DNA of 62,876 bases, the filler included, from Sphacelaria rigidula (taxonomy: Eukaryota), in NCBI GenBank assembly GCA_964200075.2. It is 11 parts of 11 records of this genome, joined end to end, with 100 filler letters (N's around TTAATTAATTAA, not from the genome) between each part and the next. Parts side by side here need not be neighbours in the genome. Positions count along the whole stretch, not along the records: positions 45,804 to 51,428 come from CAXNAA020025764.1; positions 51,529 to 57,152 come from CAXNAA020025765.1; positions 57,253 to 62,876 come from CAXNAA020025766.1; 8 more parts are not named here. One strand, written 5' to 3'. Positions 50,270 to 62,389 of this stretch are shown here, piece by piece; the stretch's first letter is position 1, and each line of letters opens with the position of its first letter. Under the pieces are notes generated by a model, which did not search any database, was not told the DNA's origin, and saw only the letters and a list, made by a program, of their open reading frames with translations. The position numbers were made by a program, and so were the translations under genes.

Positions 50270-53169
50270 GTATCTATGCACAAGTTGTTTTTCGTCGACT
50301 CTTCAAGCCTCTTACTCGCTGTACACGGGAGGGGGAGCCAACGAGACAAAATGACTGGAACGAACGGCAGCGCCTCGCTCGAAAATAAATGGTCAGGATA
50401 TACAAACTAGTAAGTCGTGCCCCTCATCCGTCAGTGAGAAACGTCAGGGAGCAGAATTCTGACTCTCCGGGTAGTAAAAAACTACATACTCGCTTGCTTG
50501 CTTGCTTCAAAGACTGCAGGTGAAAACAAGGGCCAGAACCGTGGGAATCAAAAGCAGCAACATATTTTCTCCCCCGATGAAACCACGCCCGGTAGTCATG
50601 CGATCAAACATTCTCGCTAACCAGCAGAAGCCGAGCCCTGCTCGCATCGCTTCCGAAGATCAGGCTGCGCTTCTGCTTGTAAGACTGTTAATGGGACTTC
50701 GATCTGCATCCAAAGCGGTCGACTTTGTAGTGGAAGTTAACGATCTAATACGTGTGAGGCGTACACGACATGTGTACCCCCCTCAACCCCCCAACCCCCC
50801 AATCCCACTTTTATTTTCTTTTTTCATATTCGTCGTACTTGCACGTCCCGCTCCCCTTCTCCCTCCTCAAGACGAGTCTATAGTCTCGGAAGATGAACCC
50901 ATCTCTCTTCCCCGGTAATGTACTTGCCCCACCCCATGGGATTGCAAAAATAAAGCGACACATAGCTGTGCTGGGCGATCGAAAATGACCCAAGCGAGGC
51001 CCTACTATATTTCAGCAAACGTAAGAATTAGAGGAGGAGAACACTAGCTGCTTACTGTCGGCAACCCATCGCTCCATTGAAATCAGAAACCTCCCTTTGT
51101 GGTCTTTGTCGAGGCGCGTGATCGATGCTATGCCAGTGCTGACACACGCCAGGACACGAGGAGGAGAAGCAACGCCTGTTCCCGGGCGCCCCGCCCTTTG
51201 GCGAAGCAGGAAAAAGAGAAGGGTTCGGCCGTTGGCGACCACTTCATCGATAGAACACCGCGTTGTGTATCCCCTCTCGAGGACGCATTGTGTATGATAG
51301 TCTCGTCGCCAACGCATGCAAGTCGAAGAGTAGATCCCACATTAATTTTAAAAATTTATCATCACGATTCCCCCCCCCCCTGGCCCGCTCCGTCGGGACA
51401 CCCCCGCGTTTTATATTTCTGTCTATCTNNNNNNNNNNNNNNNNNNNNNNNNNNNNNNNNNNNNNNNNNNNNTTAATTAATTAANNNNNNNNNNNNNNNN
51501 NNNNNNNNNNNNNNNNNNNNNNNNNNNNAGAAGGGACGAACTTGCATCGAGCCACACCTCTCCCACACCACAGAATATTGAGACTCCATATGAAGATCGA
51601 GTCCTCTTGGGTACGGGCAACGGCAAGGAGCGATCAACACAAAAAAATCAGTAACTGGCAAACACAAGCACAAAGCAAAGAGGAAAAAAAAATCGAACCG
51701 ATACAAGGATTCGGTGTCCTCATGTTCCGTGAGTCTTCAGACGGCGTCATGGGAAAGAAAAACAAGAAGAAAAATATATAAGAAAAATAAGACCCAAAAA
51801 CAACAATGAAACCATATCCATAAAATGCAGTGTCTCCAGAATGTCGTAATCATTTCCGTGATAGGTACAGGAAATCAGAGATAAATCAATCCTACCCTGC
51901 CACAACTATATCATGAATAAGTACTTAGCTCTTTTCCGAATGTCCGATGTGTTTTGGGTCATTGGTAGAAAATCAAGCAAGCCCGCCAAGGCATTATATC
52001 ACTTCGATAAGCAAGTCTATGCTAATCACTCGTCCCAGTCAATCAGTAAAAGCAAACAACGTGCAGCCGAGTTCGTCGCGGAAATGGTAGTTTTCCGCGA
52101 AAACCATACGTTGATAAATAAATAAAATAGAATGATACGGACAATCAACTCGTTTGACGTGAGATAATTGTCGGTACCTGTTTGTGAGACGACTTGCTGG
52201 GGACGTCTGGTTGATGATCCAGTCGTACAGCATTTGTTTTTTTTCTCACACGACGATACGAGAACAACTGACCGGTTTGCGAGGTCAGATGTCCGTACAC
52301 GTCAAAAGAAACGTGGTGGGCAATACACATTCTTCGGGCCTACCGCGTAGTTCCGAGGCGGATCACCCAACACATTTCTGAACCACGACAAATACACCGG
52401 AACGAGAGGACCAACGCAGCCCACTCCTCACAGTATTTCCCCGTTCGGACTAAAATGAGACTGGCCCGAACACAAACTGGAGTAAAACCCACAGCCGGTC
52501 GTACCGTCACGTTACTTCGTCCAATAATCCCTGATGAAAAACAAAACACCACCGACCAATTTCAGGGGCGGGTAATTGTACGCAAAAACTGGTAAAAGCG
52601 ACAGAAAAAATAGCGAGTGGCGGACTCTGAGCCTGTAGGCTGTACCAACGGTCGAATATCGACATGGCGGAACGGACAGTTCTGAAAGAGCGACCTACCT
52701 CATCATGATACGTGATGGTCCTGTATGAGGAGACGTATGCAACCGATCTTACTGCGACTTCAATAACAATTCTTCAACACCAATATGTACGACGCGGCCA
52801 GTGGTGGCCTCGTTGTAACTTATCAATCACCAAGGTACAAATCATCGCCTCGTATTACCCGTGGCCCTCCTATAAACAAGGTGGGTCACATGCGGCAGGA
52901 CTCGCAAAAAAAAGTAGGCCAAGTGTTCTAGACTCGAGGGTCAGAAACATTGAGACACTCGTGCCGGAATTCCCGACATCGACGCAGAAACCAAAACCAA
53001 AAAATAAATAACCAGGGGCACGCTGGGCAACAGCGAAAACGAAAATCCGCAACACAAGGCAGGAAAACAACACGTGGCATCCGTCCTTGAAAACGGAAGC
53101 GTTTATCGTGTGTATGAAGCAAGCAGGTCAAAAAGTTGCAGCCAATAAAGTCAAAACATTTCAGGCAAC

Positions 53170-56100
53170 CCATGTCAAATATAAAACCAACGTGGTACGC
53201 ACACAAAAAGGGGACACGTCATTACCGATCCTGCAGGGGGAAGCGGTATGCGTGTACGGAGCGGGTGGGCAAGAATGCAATTATTCCAGACGGGGAGGTC
53301 AGGTATATGCAGTGCTCGCTCCTAAAACTCTCAACCGAAAAGGCAGAAAAAATCAAGAAACATACCGACAACATATATATCACACAAAGAAAAAAGACAC
53401 GTCATGACCGGTCCCGAAGAGGGAGGCGGCACTCGCGTGCAGAGCGACTGAACAAAAGCGCAAATATTCCAGACGGAGAGGTCAGGTATATGCAGCGCTC
53501 GCTCCTAACTCTCCATCGAAACAAAAAAATCAACGATAAAGACCATGTAATAACAAAGCAAGACAACATGGGCGTACCACAAAAAACAATTGCAGAGATA
53601 ATCAACTCGTGGCAACTGTTCCGGTGGACGGAATGGTTGTGAATGTACGGCGCGGAGGACGGAGGTTCAAGGTTCCAGACTCAGGGTCAGGAATGGAACA
53701 ATCGTCACTTGTACTTCGCCAGATGAACCCAGAAATACCCAAGAAAAGTACCCAGAAATACCCAAGAAAAATACCCATTGGACACGAAATATCGAACACA
53801 AAGGGCGAGGCGAGGCGAAAAGAAGACGAAACAAAATATATGAAACAAAGAGAACAAGGGCAAAATAAATCGAAGCAAAAAAAACAGGGTCCCAAGCAAC
53901 AAAAAAAACAAGACGCAACACAAAAGCAAAGAACATAAAATACAAAAACGAAAGACCAAATACCAAACACGACACACCGGTACAGATCAACCGCTACAAG
54001 TGCAGGGCTAATCAGTACGAAAAAAAAATGAAGTGGGGGAAAGGGGGAAACACATGGTTGTCCAACGGCGCTACAATGCAAGACAAGCGACTCGAATGCG
54101 GTACACCACGCAAGGTGAATGGGGAAGCAGACTCCGATGCGGCATCATGAGTCATCTGCCTCCCAAGCGGTGTCCGTGTTCCGTAGAACGGCTGTTTCGA
54201 GTTCGCCTTGGTCGTGTCGTTGGAGGCACCAGGATCCCCTCCGAGCGGTCGGCTCCTCGGTGTAGTACGCATCATCCAAGCGAATCTTAAGGGGGCTCGG
54301 GTCATCAAGGAAACGGATAAAGTAGGAGTGGTCAGATGCAGGGTCGACCAAATGAATTTTTCCCCACCACCACAGTGAATCCAAAGCCTTATACCAAAAA
54401 TACGCCCCTTTCGGTAATCGTTTCCCGTGGAAACACTGCATGTATTGTGAACGCGAAATAAGACTATATCCTGTCACAACAAACCGCGCTGAGTGTTCAC
54501 GTGCCAGTTCTCGAGCGGCGGCTCCCTTGCGCATCGACCGATATCTCTTGATCAGCGGGCGGTGTTGGACGGTATCTCCTACCCAGTACAGCAATATTTC
54601 CCGACGAAAATAGCGCAAATCAACTTCACGCTCCCACGTAACACGCATGATACCCTCCCAATGTGTTTGATACATTACCGCTATCTTACCTCCACGACCA
54701 CGAACCAGTTGATGACCCGAAATCCTATCTACCTCAACGCGTTCCAGGGGTGCGTCCGCATCCTCGACCGTCATATGATACGGCGGAGTTTTGATCGCAT
54801 ACTTGGTCAACACATACTGGCTAAGCCCTACCGGTAATTGTTTGGGCATGTCAGAAGAGTCATGAGGGGGGATGCACGGTTTGCATCGTAGCATCGAGAC
54901 GCGATTTTTCGGTTTCAAACCAGGTTCATCCGTGGGAAAATCTAAATACAAAAGTTTCGCTCCCACCGGACTCTTGTCTGGTGCGGTAGCGCTCGGACCA
55001 ACAGCTAAACTTTCCCAAGGACCAGTCCAATTCAAGGATAGTTTCGCCTTCAACACCTTATCCAAAGATGATGATTTCGAGCTAGCCCCTTGATTGATGG
55101 TCTTCACATCGTTATACACCCATGCCCATTGGCCTACCTTCCACACCGGGCGGTTATGCACCACATCATCCAACATCGAGTTCGCCCTGGCCACCTTGGC
55201 CAAATTGATTTGGTTCTGTTCTCGAACTACTTCATATGCAAGACGGAGACGATTGCTAACCGACAAATGATACTCTGCAACGTCACGATCCAGACTCTGA
55301 TGCCCACCTGTATTTTTGCGTTCGAATACGGTTAGAGGTAACCGAGGCATGCGTCCAATATGAATTTCATTCGGCGACAATCCCGTAGCGGCATTGACTG
55401 AATTGTTGTAGTTCATCTGAACAAGGGGCAGGTACAGATCCTAGTCCATCTGTCTCTCATTCGCCACAGCAGCAAGCATCTGCGCCATCGTATGGTTCAC
55501 TCGTTCCGTTCCACCATTGGTGGAAGGGTGATATGAACGAGGGAAAATGAGATGGGCACCCAAAAGGTCACTGACGGCGGCAGAAGGTTTGCCTGAAAAA
55601 TGCGGGCCGTTGTCAGATGATGAGCGTTTGGGCACACCCCACAGTGGGATGTACATGTAGACAAGAACATTGGCGGTACCTTCCGCGGTATACCTGCTGG
55701 GGGGGACGGCGTGCATCACCGCATGTGGACTAAATCTATCCGTAGACAACAAAATATACGTATTCCCACTATCCGTCAGGGGCAAAGGACCAAAATAGTC
55801 CCACGTTACGAATTCACCAGGTCCGTTTGGGAGCGGCATGGAAACAATCGGCCAACGAACTGTTTAACGAGAAGTGTTTCGCGCCTGACACAAAAGACAA
55901 CGCCTCACCCACCAGCGACAACACTGATCCATACAAATCCACCAATGAAAACGTTCCAACATCTGGGAGGTCCTAATGGCGCCTAAATGAGTCGATGCCT
56001 GTGAATGGCATTCGTGTAGAACCCATGGGCGCAGTAGCATCGGGACATAGATGCAGACGGGTTCATCACCTAGCAAGCGGGCATGTCGACTTGTAGGTTT

Positions 56101-57152
56101 CCCCCTGGGGAGGGCTGCTGTGGGCCGGCGAACTAACAGAACTATACCATCATCATCCGTATGTAGCATACCTTTCCTTGAAAGTTCAGTAACTTCATCC
56201 TGGGTGGGTGCTTTGAGATTCCCGACTGGCAAAAGGGATTCAGTTTCTGAGAATGGACATGGACAACCTTTCGATAGATAACGGAGAGCTGGTTTACAAG
56301 CAGGTCCTGCCTGTTGTTCCCGGGCCCCATCGGCGTGGGAGAAGAGATTCAAACGTTCCTTGAATACACCATCTGTTGAAGCGTCTACTTCGTGTTGGGT
56401 TGGTTCGGAGCGGGGTTGGCACAAAGCGGTAATTTCGGAATCAAGGGTGAGCCTACCAGTTGGTGCACTCTCAGACGGAACGTTAACATCTACTCCTGCG
56501 TCGATTAGCGTGGAGGGTGTTGTGGTGGTGTTTGCAATATCATCACCACTGAGGGGGGGCACAGCCGTGGTTTCGGCTATGGTTGGCAGGGGCGGCACGG
56601 TCGGGGTCGATTTCCTGGGGGCCTTGCGTCGCGGAGGTTGCGGGGGCGCAAGGAAACTATCGGGGACCGGGGTGGGGGCAGGGGGGGGGAAGGTCAGGAC
56701 CGGATACGGCTAATTTGGTGACCGTTTCGGCGGTCCGCCGTCCACGAGTCCTACTCGAAATCAAATCTTTAACTTGAACTGGTAAGACGGAGGAAGCAAA
56801 GGACGGTTCTACACCTGCTGCGAAAACCATGCGTTGGTCAGTTGCAGGAAAATAATCATAGCCAACAGTATTCGTAGACAGCCCATTCCAAACTGGGTGC
56901 AACGGTTGAGGTTGCAAGCTGCCTAGAACTGATGCGTGGGCTGTGGTCGTCAGCCCACCCATGCCTAAAGACGGCGTTTCTCTCAGTGAAAGTGGTGTGT
57001 AGAGACCCTTATGTCCATTCCTGCCTATGAAATATACAATGTCTTCGGTGGGATCGGTGATACGTCCCATGGCGGATTCATCGATAGGTTGAGCTGGTGT
57101 GGGCAAGCGTGACAGGAAGTCGGCGTTTGCATTCTGGGGACCTGTGCGGTAC
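53170..57152 (-). mobile_element. Ty3/gypsy copy B of the same family as 34635-39978 (RNase H end, spacer, integrase, chromodomain-like and PWWP-like tail, 3' UTR)
   Basis: Colinear with copy A throughout. WDYFGPLP...TDRFS...SDNGPHF...NGGTERVNHT, and the 423-aa ORF 54145..55416. The 3' UTR may extend to ~51557 (weak PPT GGGAGAGG then TGT). Confidence 0.94.
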
Positions 57153-57252
57153 NNNNNNNNNNNNNNNNNNNNNNNNNNNNNNNNNNNNNNNNNNNNTTAA
57201 TTAATTAANNNNNNNNNNNNNNNNNNNNNNNNNNNNNNNNNNNNNNNNNNNN

Positions 57253-57320
57253 TTCCACCGTTCAGCCCCCTAGAAAAAAAACCCCCCCCCCCCCCCCCCC
57301 CCTTATCGTAAGCATGACTC
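57253..57320. mobile_element. Sola-like element end in helicase intron
   Basis: Ends (C)n-TTATCGTAAGCATGACTC, a variant of the TIR at 117 and 17286. Confidence 0.55.
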
Positions 57321-57335
57321 TGATGCCGACCTTAC

Positions 57336-57403
57336 CTTGCCAGCACCTCAGGGTGTGATATCAACAGCTGCTTCGCCATCATGCACAAGTCACCGAAATC
57401 CAC
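57336..57403 (-). CDS. UvrD/PcrA-type SF1A DNA helicase, exon 5 of 5 seen
   Basis: VDFGDLCMMAKQLLISHPEVLA (UvrD 'DFDDL...LL...PEVL'). CAG acceptor, GTAAG donor. Confidence 0.85.
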
Positions 57404-58145
57404 CTGCGGCGGGTTACGATAGCAGCGCCAGGTAGTCCATGAGCTCTTCCTTGTCATGGAGTATTACACACGCCAGATAGCTCCTGAGCTATCTAAAACA
57501 ACTAATCAAAAATGACTCTCAGATCGGTGGTCCATAACACACACACAATATGTGACAGCAGGGTCCGAGAAGCCAAGGCGCAACCATTGTGCTACTCAGC
57601 GTGCTCAGCGTCCAACGCCGCTCTAGGAGGCAAGTATGGAAATAAAGGGGCCAAATGAGCAAGCTTATGACCCGGAACAGTACATTAACAATATGTAGTA
57701 CTCAGGCAGCTCATGAGCCGTACGACGTGTGGAATATGACATTCGTGGAGGACTATTGATTACAGTAGAGCGTATACACCTCGACGCTTTTTTCTTCGTC
57801 AGTATCTACACACGAATCATCTTGTAACGCTGTTTGATCGTGACGCCTGTACGGCTTCTTCTTGTTACCAATTCATGAGATACAAAACCGCAGCAACTAC
57901 GCACAGTACGTCCATTATCCCTCACCCAACTAATGACCCGTATTACCATATTTTGACCCACACTCATTCTCCCCAGAATAACTGGAAATCACTGGATATT
58001 TCGAACGTTTTGATTCGAGTACATGCATCACACCGAGAAAAACTGCGGAAAGTCTTATGGTCATCCCACCCCTCTTGTATTGTTTCCTGTTGTACTTCAA
58101 GAACCAGAAGCGAAGGTCAGAAGCACGGCTACACACTGTCCACAC

Positions 58146-58226
58146 CTGTCTGCGGCTTCGCAGGAGTTGCTGGTATTCACGATAGACCGTTATCGCCACT
58201 CGGTCTCGTTCGTCGGCCGCCTTGGA
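58146..58226 (-). CDS. UvrD/PcrA-type helicase, exon 4 of 5 seen
   Basis: SKAADERDRVAITVYREYQQLLRSRRQ (UvrD 'Y..YQ..L'). CAG/GT boundaries, phase 0/0. Confidence 0.82.
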
Positions 58227-58281
58227 CTGCATGCATTATGCGAACGCAATCATAATCGACAGCAAAAAACAACAATGAACA

Positions 58282-58536
58282 GAGTAATGCCACGGTGAGG
58301 GTGCACAACTCGTTTCTGAGGTTTGAATTTGTAGGAGCCCTTCATCTCATTCAATAAAAAAATCATGCAAAATATGACAGCACGCCACAATTAGCACTCC
58401 CGTGGGCCATGGATGTCTCGAATGGATTTTAAAACGGGAATTTCCTGATCCATATTTGGCGTACCTCCAATATGTAGGAGCCCCAGAATGAGAACGATAT
58501 GGACCCAAATGCGCAACCCCTATCGTGGCGTGACTC
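58282..58536. mobile_element. 255-bp Sola-like MITE in helicase intron
   Basis: TIRs GAGTAATGCCACGGTGAGGG / CCCCTATCGTGGCGTGACTC. Perfect TSD AACA at 58278-58281 and 58537-58540. Confidence 0.85.
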
Positions 58537-59593
58537 AACAGGCAAAAAATAATATTTTTACGTGAGTGTTACCGTTTTGTCAACCTTGAGATACGTACGT
58601 CGATGTTGTGGATAATGACCACGACCGGATCAATCGGGGATCCGTTTATGTGCGACAAGCAATCAATCGATCAACCAATCAACGTGAAGAGGATCAAATG
58701 GAGGAAGAGAGCCGAGAGACAAAAATGCGCTGATTCGCAGTGTAGAAACGCATGGACTGAGCGAGTACCTGTCGAGGCACAAAACGATGCGAAAAACTTC
58801 ACACGTCAGACAGCTCACGAGCTATTAATACCGAAACTATCTGGTCGAATAGAACTCTCAGATCTGTTGTTGAAGAACATGGAATACATCACAGCAGGGT
58901 CCGAGAAGAAGCCGAAGCGCTACCTTTGCGCTACTCTGCGTGTAGCGCTGCAGAGACCAAATATTGAAAAGGGACCAAACGAGCTAGCTCATGCTCCGGG
59001 TCAATACGCTAGTAAAACAAACATTCGGACACGACTCGTAGCCCATGAGCTGTTCCACGTGTGGAAAACTTGATCCTCATCATCAACTACAATATGACGG
59101 TCACAGTCCACCCCATGCCCCACGACTTGATGTGCTGCTCCAGTAGATGTGTCGGTGCGTCATGCAAAGGAGCTTAGCTGACTCTAATCGTCATGTGTTG
59201 GGAGTTGCGGGTTGTGAGGATGTGAGCTGTGGCCTATCGGCATGAGAACACAGAAAAATCGGCACATGCGCCGATCGTTTTTTCAACATCAAATCTTATC
59301 ACGAAAAAGTAGCCTGAGCCTTTTTTTCATCCTCAAAAATGAAGAATATTCCGTCAAAACAGGGGCTAATCTGAAGGCCGCACGCCAGTCATTCCTCCTC
59401 CACCACATCGGGGAAAACAAAAGGTACACTTCACTAGCATCTCCATTACCAAGGGAGACACTCAAGCTGTGGACCAAATGCATGTTTCCTGATCTCGAAC
59501 CGCGTCCATCCGGACTCAACTACTGTCCTCCTTGCGCGTCCTTCATCTTCGACTAAAATGCAACCAACGTCAACGCACACGCGCTAATCTCAC

Positions 59594-60080
59594 CGCACGA
59601 TCACGTAGGTCCTCCGGCGTCAGCCCCTGTTCCTTCCACAGCTTCACCTTCGACCTCACGTCCTTCGCTTCGATCACCGGCGCCTTATTGCCCACTTCCG
59701 GCACTTGCTCCTGCATCTCAGAAGGTGTTGGCATCCCCCATGATCCACTGAAAGGACGGGATGCCCATGTACCAGCCCCGCCTTCCGTAACGCCTGCCCC
59801 CACGTTTCCACCAATGACACTAGCCCTCGTCTCACCTCTGCTACTACCACCACTACTAATGCTAACTCTACTACTACCACTAATACTACCACCAATACTA
59901 CCGGCGCTATCTCGTGTTTTGCTGTTGGCGCTAACAGAGAGTCGAGATGACAACGTTGGCAATACCCGCTCCAGGACCTGAGATATCAGGTGCAGCTGGT
60001 CCCGCTCGTTGATTATAGCCAACACCGGGGAGCTCGGGTCGTCTGCCGGGGGTATACGTTGACTCTCGGCGGGCCGCGAC
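59594..60080 (-). CDS. UvrD/PcrA-type helicase, exon 3 of 5 seen
   Basis: LAIINERDQLHLISQVLE...VRSKVKLWKEQGLTPEDL (1B domain) with a Gly/Ser-rich insert. CAG/GTGAG boundaries, phase 2/0. Confidence 0.78.
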
Positions 60081-60730
60081 CTGTTTTGATCCAACGGGCG
60101 GTTGCACGCCAAAAGAAGCAACAACAGCAACAACAACAGCAACAGCAACAACAATAAGGCCCTCGGAATAAAAGGGGAAGGGTTGGGGTCAAGTGTAGTC
60201 TGCGTCCTCTCCTAGCAAAAACAAGGTGAGAGTCAACCGGATCTTGCACAATTCCCTGTCGGCATCATACAACACACATCAAAGCTGACCAAAAATGACT
60301 TCAAGTGAGTCAGAGTCATTGGTTCCCGACGCCACGAAGGTAAGGGGGGCCGGGAAGGGGGCATGCGGGGCGGCAGGATTAGATGGCAAGGGAGGGAGGG
60401 GGCGGGAGAAGAGTGACGGCTGGACACGTACGTGGTACATATCCATGGAGATGAGTTCGCGAATGTCGCACACCGACACTCGTAACTTTCACCAGCGCTG
60501 CCACCAGCAAGAGCAAGCAAGCACTGACGACCACATTCACCGCCGCCGCTGCCACAATCAACACCAACATCAATGCCAACAACATCACCACCGAGAAAAT
60601 CAAACGGGAAGAACCAACACAACCAATTAACAAGCGAACGCCAAATGCTGACGGGAAGAAGAAGCAACAAAGAAGCAGAGAAAGACATCACCACACACAC
60701 ATACATACACACATACACACAGGCACGCAC

Positions 60731-60858
60731 CAGATGAGGTCTCCGTTCTGCCTGAGCACGTCCGCAGCGAAGGCATGAAACGTCGTTGCCTGCACTCGGT
60801 CACCCACACTTCGTGACAGTCCCATCGCCACAGCCCTATCAGGTACATCTCTGGTGCG
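60731..60858 (-). CDS. UvrD/PcrA-type helicase, exon 2 of 5 seen
   Basis: VQATTFHAFAADVLRQNG (motif Ib TFH). CAG/GTGCGT boundaries, phase 0/2. Confidence 0.85.
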
Positions 60859-61183
60859 CTGCGAAAAACGGACGCGAAAACGAACGCGTAGCGTGCGCTC
60901 GAGAAAGTCATGAACCCCGATTTTTCTCCTTGTCACGCAAATCAATTATTTCCGCCATATTACTGCAGTGCACGTGGTGCATCAGTCATCACAACAACCT
61001 AACCTCGATGTTTCCACCGCCCTTGAGTTGAACTGTTCTGGTCGATATCTCGACAGCTCTTTCGTCTACGACAGACCGACGGTCGGAAGACTGCAATCTT
61101 CGCGGGTACTCGACCAACTCTATACCCTGACCCCCCGATCACATACGCTGACGCCACATGCTTTTTGCATCTTCGCATTGTCA

Positions 61184-61217
<34 letters not shown>

Positions 61218-61979
61218 CGTATGTGTGTACTCCGTCTTCGAATACAACGATAAATCGTTTCTCCCTGGACACGCGACATATGACCACGTGTTCTTGCGAT
61301 CTTTTTACGCCTGCAACCCCGTTCTAACGCGTCGCAGATCGTCCGACACTTCATACTACCGTGGCTGGAAGTAAGCTCTGTACAAGGAGGCCAATTATTC
61401 AACGAAACAATTCCGAGTGTTCGGCTCCAAATCTCTTGACTATGTGGTGATTCATATGTAAACCGCCTTTCATGGATAGATCGACCTCACCTTTTTGGGC
61501 GCCCATCTACGCAAATAGAGAAAAATCACGTGCTGGTTATACGAACATACATACATACATACATACATACATACATTGGACAAAATATTCGTGTATTTCA
61601 AAGGCGGTACACGCAACTCTTCCTGTAACCTCCTTGATAAGTGGGCAAGCTCTCCTTCTGGAGACCGGGCGATCACCCACACACATGCACACGCACCCAT
61701 CAGTGTCCGCGTACGTTCCACCCGTGAGCTGCCTGCTTGAACACACTTCGCGACTCAAAACGCAACGCTTTCCATTCCTCAGCAACCGCTGATGCGCACA
61801 ACAAATCCCAACTAGACGGCAGCGGCAGCGTCAACAGTGCACACGTACATCTGATTTGACCAAGACCACATAGCATCGCCACCAATAACACGCTATAGAA
61901 TTCAAGCAAAGGAAAACAATGCGATAAATATACCTCCTTCGAGAAATGAAGAGGTTCGTTCGTTCACACCACTCTGTAC

Positions 61980-62389
61980 CTGACTCGAGAAAGTTAGCAC
62001 CAAAACGCTCTCAGGAGGTGCAGCACCATACCCCCACCCATTCCCACCCATTCCTCCCACGCCCCAATCCTGAGACCCAGCGTTCGGCAGAGCCACAGCA
62101 GCAGGACCATACAACGTTCCCGTGCAAGATTCTGATGCCCCGAGAACCTCATGACGAGGTCCCGAGTCGTTCTGAATTTGCCTGTTCGGCTTCGAACCAT
62201 CACCCGCAGGTTTGGCCGACGCTGGCGACGACAGCGGCGGGGGCGTTCGGGTTTGTACACCTAGGAGACGAGCTAGTCTAGCTGCCAGGGTGTGAGTTTT
62301 TCCTGTTCCCGCCCCGGCAGTCAGCAGGATTGCTGGCGTTTCCGGATCTAGCGATACGCACGCCTCCTGTCCTGGATCTAGTACAAACC
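61980..62389 (-). CDS. UvrD/PcrA-type helicase, exon 1 of 5 seen (Q motif, Walker A, motif Ia)
   Basis: LDPGQEACV...LLTAGAGTGKTHTLAARLARLL...PPESVLVLTFS. CAG acceptor, GTACAG donor. Confidence 0.88.
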
